Notes under the pieces: generated by a model | What the model was told of the DNA's origin: nothing | The model's input: only the letters and a program-made list of their open reading frames with translations | Databases searched by the model: none | Assembly: GCF_006345805.1 (NCBI RefSeq) | Contig: NW_021833644.1 | Location: forward strand, 1 to 57,313 | Origin: Octopus sinensis | Lineage: Eukaryota | DNA: 57,313 nucleotides | Reading direction: 5' to 3' | Position numbers and translations under genes: made by a program | Shown here: positions 50,293-57,313 of the stretch, piece after piece | Layout: every line of letters starts with the position of its first letter | Numbering within the stretch: the stretch's first letter is position 1

Positions 50293-50355
50293 TATTTTTA
50301 TTATTGCTACTATTATTATTATTATTATTGCTATTATTATTATTATTATTATTTC

Positions 50356-50403
<48 letters not shown>

Positions 50404-50442
50404 TATTTTTATTATTGCTATTATTATTATTATTATTATTTC

Positions 50443-50482
<40 letters not shown>

Positions 50483-50620
50483 ATTATTATTATTATTATT
50501 GCTATTATTATTATTATTATTATTTCTATTATTATTATTATTATTATTATTACTATTATTATTACTATCATTATTATTTTTATTATTGCTATTATTATTA
50601 TTATTATTATTATTGCTATT
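49840..50620. repeat. Long interrupted (ATT)n microsatellite; a second (AAT)n tract at 52688-53543
   Basis: Visible directly. Confidence 0.97.
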
Positions 50621-51117
50621 ATCCGTTCTTTTGGAGGCATCGGATCTTTTGAGATCTTTCAAAATGTTTGATTGATCACATGTGAATTTAAAACAAAGCG
50701 AAAGAAACAAAACAAAATGAGCTCCGAAGTACGATCTGTGTGTGTGTGTGTGTATGCGAAGGGGGTGGTGGCGGTAGGGTAGAGATGTATGAATTGGGAC
50801 GTGATGATGATGATGATGATGATGATGGCAGCAGTGGCTAATAAAGTGGTCAGGGGTGGTGGTGGTGGTGGTCAATGGTAGAGTGGATGAGGGATAAGTA
50901 AAAGCAAAGAATGGGAGGTGGGTGGGTGGGTGGGGGGAAGCGTCATAATCGGGATGGGGTTGGTGGGGAGGCAGGGCGTGGGGGAGAGAGATGAAATTTA
51001 AAGAACAAAGAAAAGAAACAAATTAAAAATATTTCTGAGCTTCTTAAATATCATTTCATTCTCTCACATATATATATATATATATACATACATATATATA
51101 TATATATATATATGTAT

Positions 51118-51148
<31 letters not shown>

Positions 51149-51207
51149 CTCAAACATACACACACACATATATATATTTATATATATATATATACACATA
51201 TATACAT

Positions 51208-51252
<45 letters not shown>

Positions 51253-51829
51253 TACATACACACACACACATATATATATATACACACATATATACATACA
51301 TGCACATAAATACATATACACACACACATATACATACACATTTATACATATATACACACACACACTCACACACATATATATACACACACACACACACACA
51401 GATATATGCACTTAATTATATATACGTGTACAAATATATGTGTGTGTATATATATATGTGTGTGTGTGTGTGAATATTTTGTATATACATGCGTGTTGAA
51501 TTACAGTTTCTTCTAGATTTTTTTCAAATGCTTGTCAAAAACTTTGATATCATAATTTTGTATCTTTCTTAATCATTATCATCAACACCATTATTCATCA
51601 TCACCATCGTCGTTGTCGTCATCATCATCAACATCATCATCACCATCATCATCATCACCACCATCATCATCATCACTACCATCATCATTACCATCATCAT
51701 CACCACCACCATCATCATCACCACCACCATCATCACCACCACCACCATCATCCTCATCACCATCAACATCATTATCATCAATATTGTTGTCATAATGTGT
51801 ACCATACACACTGCTTTTATAAGAAGCCG

Positions 51830-51930
51830 CTGAAGAGGGGGACCCAGGAAGACATGGGATGAGGTGGTGAAGCATGATCTTCAAACGCTGGGCCTCATGG
51901 AGACAAAGACTAGTGACTGAGACATTTGGC
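51830..51930 (+). mobile_element. RTE LINE C-terminal fragment
   Basis: Degenerate PRKTWDEVVKHDLQTLGL...DIW. Confidence 0.65.
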
Positions 51931-52348
51931 ATTATGCCAAGTGAAATCCTGGCTGTGGCCAGTGTCGGTGTCATGCAATGGCACCTGTGCCAGTGGCATG
52001 TACAAAGAACCTTCCAAGCATTGGGCCTTACGGAGGCAATTTTGAATGACCGAGACCTTTGGAAGTTTGTTGTGGTTGAGAAAAGCACCCATCATGTTCT
52101 CAGAGTGGTTAGTTTTAGGAAGGGCATCCAGCCATAGAAACCATGCCAAATCAGACAGCACACCAGGTCAAAATGCTTTGCATCATTTCGTCCATTTTCA
52201 GGTTCAGGGTTCAAATTCCACCAAGGTCAACTTTCCCTGTCATTCTTTCGGGATCGGTGAAATAAGTACCAGTTATGCACTGGGGTTGATGTAATCGACT
52301 TACGCCCTCGCCCAAACTTCCTGGCCCTTAGCCAAAATTTTGAAACCA

Positions 52349-52620
52349 TTATTATTATTATGTGTTTGACTTTTGCTTTGTATTTGTACAAGTTGGCTCC
52401 AAGTCTCCCCCAGGGACCTCAAGAGACAACAAGTTAGAAGTTCATGTTGGTGTTATGCTTAGGGTGTCATATACTTGGTTTTGTACTTAGTGTTGTTCTA
52501 GAGAATGTTTAAGAAAACAAGAAAATTATGTTTGTTTTAAAATTTGAGATTACATAGACAGTATTTTACGAAGGATATGGGCAGTTCCCATAAGCACTAT
52601 CTTTTGAATTTCTGATATTT
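52349..52620 (-). mobile_element. 3' end of an R4/Dong-like non-LTR retrotransposon with (TAA)n tail
   Basis: EIQKIVLMGTAHILRKILSM* resembles the QKxxLLGTAHILRxxL C-terminus of R4-clade elements; the 3' UTR ends in ATAATAATAAT. Confidence 0.65.
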
Positions 52621-52686
52621 TGAAGACAGAAGAAATGCTTTCAACAATTTTATCTGATGTGCTAATGATTCTGCCAGCTTGCCACC

Positions 52687-52762
<76 letters not shown>

Positions 52763-52767
52763 TAATA

Positions 52768-52798
<31 letters not shown>

Positions 52799-52867
52799 AT
52801 AATGATAATAATAATAAATAATAATAATAAATAATAATGGATAATAATAATAATAATGATAATAATA

Positions 52868-52912
<45 letters not shown>

Positions 52913-53021
52913 TAATAATAATAATAATAATGATAATCTAATAATAATAATAGTAATAATAATAATATAATATAATAATAATATAATAATAATAATAATG
53001 ATAATAATAATAATAATAATG

Positions 53022-53066
<45 letters not shown>

Positions 53067-53491
53067 GTAATAATAATAATAATAATGATAATAATAATGA
53101 TAATAATAATTAATAATGATAATAATAATAATGATAATAATAATGATAATAGAATAATAATGATAATATATAATAATAATAATAATGATAATAATAATGA
53201 TAATAATAATAATAATGATAATAATAATAATAATGATAATAATAATAATAATAATAGTAATAATAATAATAATAATGATAATAATAATAATGATAATAAT
53301 AATGATAATAATAATAATAATGATAATAATAATAATGATAATAATAATGATAATAATAATAATAATGATAATATAATAATATGATAATAATAATAATGAT
53401 AATAATAATGATAATAATAATAATAATGATAATAATAATAATGATAATAATAATGATAATAATAATAATAATAATAATTATATAATAAAAC

Positions 53492-53522
<31 letters not shown>

Positions 53523-55865
53523 TGATAATAATAATAATAATAAATGCCCTGATGCAGTACCAGGCAGTGGCTCTCATGGCTTCTGATCTTAACTGATTGG
53601 AAGTGTATCATGTACATTGTTTTGTTTGGTATAAAAAGATGGCCTACAGCAATATTCTGCTCAATACCACAGATTTGCCTGTCAGTTGTTTGACCTTAAC
53701 CAGTTGACCATGTCCCTTAGTGGCTGACGATATGTGCATCTGATCACGAGCAGAGAAGTAGTGGGGGAGCATCATAGCCATGTGTTGAGAGGGATTCTTT
53801 GGGGTTTGAATAGTTCACCTCTGGAAACATGGTGTGGTTGGTTTCTTTCAGTCCTTAAACAACCCTTATTCAGGGACCGTTTGAGCGGGATGGGCTACTC
53901 AACCTGCAAGAAATTCTAACTGGGCCCCACCTGCAAGGTCATGTGCTGTTTATCTTGATATAGATTACCATGTCGTGCACATATGGTTGTGATGCATGTG
54001 CCTGGTGTACCCTTATCAGACAGGTAGTCATGATGGGTATACTGGGCTTTGTATATTTTACCCGTGTCACTTTGATGGCATGCACTGTTCTCTCACTCAA
54101 TAATAATAATGATGATCCTTTCTACTATAGGCTCAAGGCCCGGAATTTGTGGGGTAGGGGATTAGTCGATTACATTGAACCCAGTGTTTCACTGGGACTT
54201 ATTTTATCGATCCCGAAAGGATGATAGGCAAAGTCGACCAAGGCAGAATTTGAACCCAGAATGTAAATATGGACAAAGTGCTGCTAAGCCTTTTGGCTGG
54301 CATGCTAATGATTCTGCCAGCTCGCCACTTTAATGATGATATCAATATTAATATTGTTATGATTATTATTATCGGTTTTTTTTCCTCCTTTTTATCAAAT
54401 TATATCAAGTTGGAATATCTCTTCTTCTTCTTCAGACCTTCATTATCTAATTTTTTGGCATTTTGGTATTGTTTTTGTCTTAGTGCCAATGCTTTGTTGT
54501 TGTTGTTGTTGTTGTTGTTATGTTTAACATGTTTTTTAAAAAATTTTTTTAATCCTTTTTCTTGCCATCGATGTTTTGAAATTGTGTAAGCTTATATATA
54601 TAAACGAGATTTCATTTCAAAATGTCATTAATATCTTTATTAACATTGATGATGTCATCATCGCCGGCGTCATCGTCGTCGTCATCATTATCATCCCCAC
54701 CAACACCGCAACCATCACTAACATCGCTGCCTCAACATAACCACCACCACCACCACCACTATCACCATCATCATAACAACTCACCATCATTGTCATCACT
54801 ACCATCACCACCACAACCACCATCATCATCACCACCACCACCACCATAACAACTCACCATCATCGTCATCACCACCACTACTATTGTCATCATCACGTGT
54901 GTATACAGTTTCCGCATCTTTGCTCTCTCTCTATTTCAAACTTCCTCCGGCCCTTTTTATATTAAGCCACCTGAGACTGAGCCTGGTTCTATGTTTTAAA
55001 GGGGTCCAAATTAAAGCCCCTTCTTCCATCAAAATTTCATGCAAATTTGAATCCCAAACACCAGATTAATAATAATAGCAAAATTATTTTACTAAATTCT
55101 TCAATAATTTCAAAATTAATTTAAAACGATGGCAGTGTATTTTAATAGGAATAACGTAACAAAATGGTTAATATGGACAAAGTTAGTTAACTAAATTATT
55201 CTTAATTAATATAAAATGATGGGTATGCTACAGATTCCACTAGCTCGCTGCCAACCCGGCTGAAACCGGCTCTGGTTCTGTAGTACAAATGTCTTGTTTT
55301 CATAAGTTTTGAATTAAAATCTTCCACCAAACCCTAGTCACAATTTATGTTCCTAACACTAGCTTAATGATAACTAAGTTATTTTACTAAATTCTTTGTT
55401 ATATTCAAAATAATTGAAAGAAACTCAGAGCATCTCAAAATAAACACAGTAACAAAAGGGTTAAAACACCATATGAACAGCACCTAGTCCCATCAGTTTT
55501 GGAGGTAATGGGTTTAGCAAATGTTATGGGCTTGGCCCTTTCAAACAAACTCAGCAGCCCAAAAGTAAAAAAGTAACAAGTTTCTTTAAGGTGCATGATG
55601 TTAGCAATAAGCATGTGGGACAAGGGATCTCAACAGTCTTTCACAAAGGGACCCCTTAAATTTCTATTATACTCTAGTGGTCCCCATAACTAGTTGATGT
55701 TTTAAAAAATCCTGAGTTCAAATTCCGCCAAGGTCAACTTTGCCTTTCATCCTTTCGGGGACGATAAATTAAGTACCAGTTGCGTACTGGGGTTGATTTA
55801 ATCAACTAGTTCCCACCCACCAAATATCAGGCCTTGTGATATAGTAGAGAGGATTGTTGTTGTTG

Positions 55866-55903
<38 letters not shown>

Positions 55904-56451
55904 AGGTAGTGAGCAGACAGAAGCGTTAGCATGCCAGGCGACATGTTTATCGGTATTTCGTCCATTGTGACGTTCTGAGTTCAAATCCCACTGAGGTCAA
56001 CTTTGCCTGTCATCCTTTCGGAGGTCAACAAAATAAGTACCAGCGATACGCTGAGGTCAATGTAATCGACCAGTCCCTCTCCCCTCAAATTCCAGGCCTT
56101 GTGCCTTTGGTAGAAAGGATTATCATTATTAGGGTTAGAAAAGGGAAACAAAAATGCTCTGCGATATTTGTTCCGAGTTCAAATCCCACCAGGGCCAACT
56201 TTGCCTTTCATCCTTTTGGGGGTCACTGAATATAAAGCTACCAATGTTGATATAATGAATTGGCCCCTTTACCACCAAATTTGGGACCCTGCATGAACTG
56301 TGTAAAAAAATCATCATTACTTTTAAAGTAAATGTTTGCAGATTTTCTTTTTCTTTTTTTTTTTTGCAGTGTTTGTAATTTAATTTTTAATTAAATGTAA
56401 AAAAGCAAAATTGTGTATGTGTGTTTATAAATATATGTATGTATCTATGTA

Positions 56452-56491
<40 letters not shown>

Positions 56492-56746
56492 TATATATAC
56501 ATATACACACCTATAGATACATACATACATACATATATATAATATATATATATATATATATAATATATATATACACACACACATATATATACATGCATAC
56601 ATATATATATGTGTGTGTATATGTGTGTGGTATGTATGTATGTATACATACACACACACACACACACCACATATATATATAATATATATATATATATAAT
56701 ACACACACATGCACTCAGAAAATATAAATAAGTTTTCTTTTCTCAC

Positions 56747-56764
56747 CTGGCAGGTACTTGAGTT
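56747..56764 (-). CDS. NFI: 18-nt microexon, probably of the NFI gene ((E)LKYLP if phase 1/1)
   Basis: Minus strand reads ttttctctctctctctctttccaatacAG|AACTCAAGTACCTGCCAG|GTGAGA: long pyrimidine tract, strong donor, length divisible by 3. In phase 1 it joins the 63-nt exon in frame (G|AG = Glu). Confidence 0.6.
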
Positions 56765-57313
56765 CTGTATTGGAAAGAGAGAGAGAGAGAAAAGTAAATA
56801 AGGGGTAAAAATTTGATTGAAATATGGCAAATGAACAGGTGTTTTAATTGCAATTAAAGGTGATTACTAGCATGCATAATGACAATAGAGGTGGTGGTGG
56901 TGGTGGTGGTGAATGTGGTAGTGTTTAATGATAACAATTGCAGTGTGGACTGAACAACTAATTAAAGATGATTGCTAAAAGAACTCATTAGAATGTCAGA
57001 TTTACATTGAGATATTGTCATTGAGTTCCAAGTTCAAACCCAGTCAAAGTTAGTTGACCACTGAGCTCCTCTATCTTCTACCTTTTACCCGTTTTAGACA
57101 TTTCACTGCAGCCATGCTGGAGCAATATTTTGAAAAGGTTTTAGTCAAAGAAAGTGACGCCAGGAATTTTTTTTTTTAATCCTAGTACTTAATCTATCAG
57201 TCTTTTTTGCTGGACTGCTAAGTTATGGGTTTCGATTCCAAGGCCGGGCATTGTGTGTGTTTATTGAGCGAAAACACCTAAAGCCCCATGAGGTTCCGGC
57301 AGGGGGGTGGCGA

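Noticed and set aside
49643-50875. Poly-Ile/Asn/Leu ORFs, and a possible exon DLKRSDASKRT at ~50623-50654
   Set aside because: The ORFs come from an (ATT)n tract; the unique segment has an AG acceptor but no GT donor.
50910-50985. G-quadruplex-capable G-tracts (also the C-run at 27757-27782)
   Set aside because: Low-complexity tracts are common here and nothing indicates function.
55435-55623. 62-aa ORF with a KPIT duplication as a host exon
   Set aside because: No convincing splice sites or homology, and it overlaps a MITE end.

Overview
AT-rich, microsatellite-saturated eukaryotic genomic DNA. The repeat families look like those of an octopus (coleoid cephalopod); this is inferred from remembered repeat families and was not checked by search. 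Nearly the whole window is intronic sequence of a minus-strand gene. Four small exons with canonical splice sites (56747-56764, 33948-34010, 32532-32674, 24923-25106) join in frame into a peptide with motifs of the Nuclear Factor I (NFI/CTF) C-terminal region (DTFSDFVSLVCQE; PGMLPPPPPPPPNLARPV). The introns contain a near-intact DD34D mariner, an internally deleted Tc1, MULE, piggyBac-MITE and Helitron elements, RTE/BovB-like and R4/Dong-like LINE ends, many tRNA-derived SINEs, a ~39-copy 80-bp minisatellite and several long inverted repeats. The most unusual signal is a set of about ten minimal hammerhead-ribozyme-like motifs (CUGANGA...GAAA, palindromic stem III, UH) from several unrelated repeat families, one of them at the apex of a foldback element. 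Most ORFs in the supplied track are microsatellite artefacts. All alignments and folds were done by eye.
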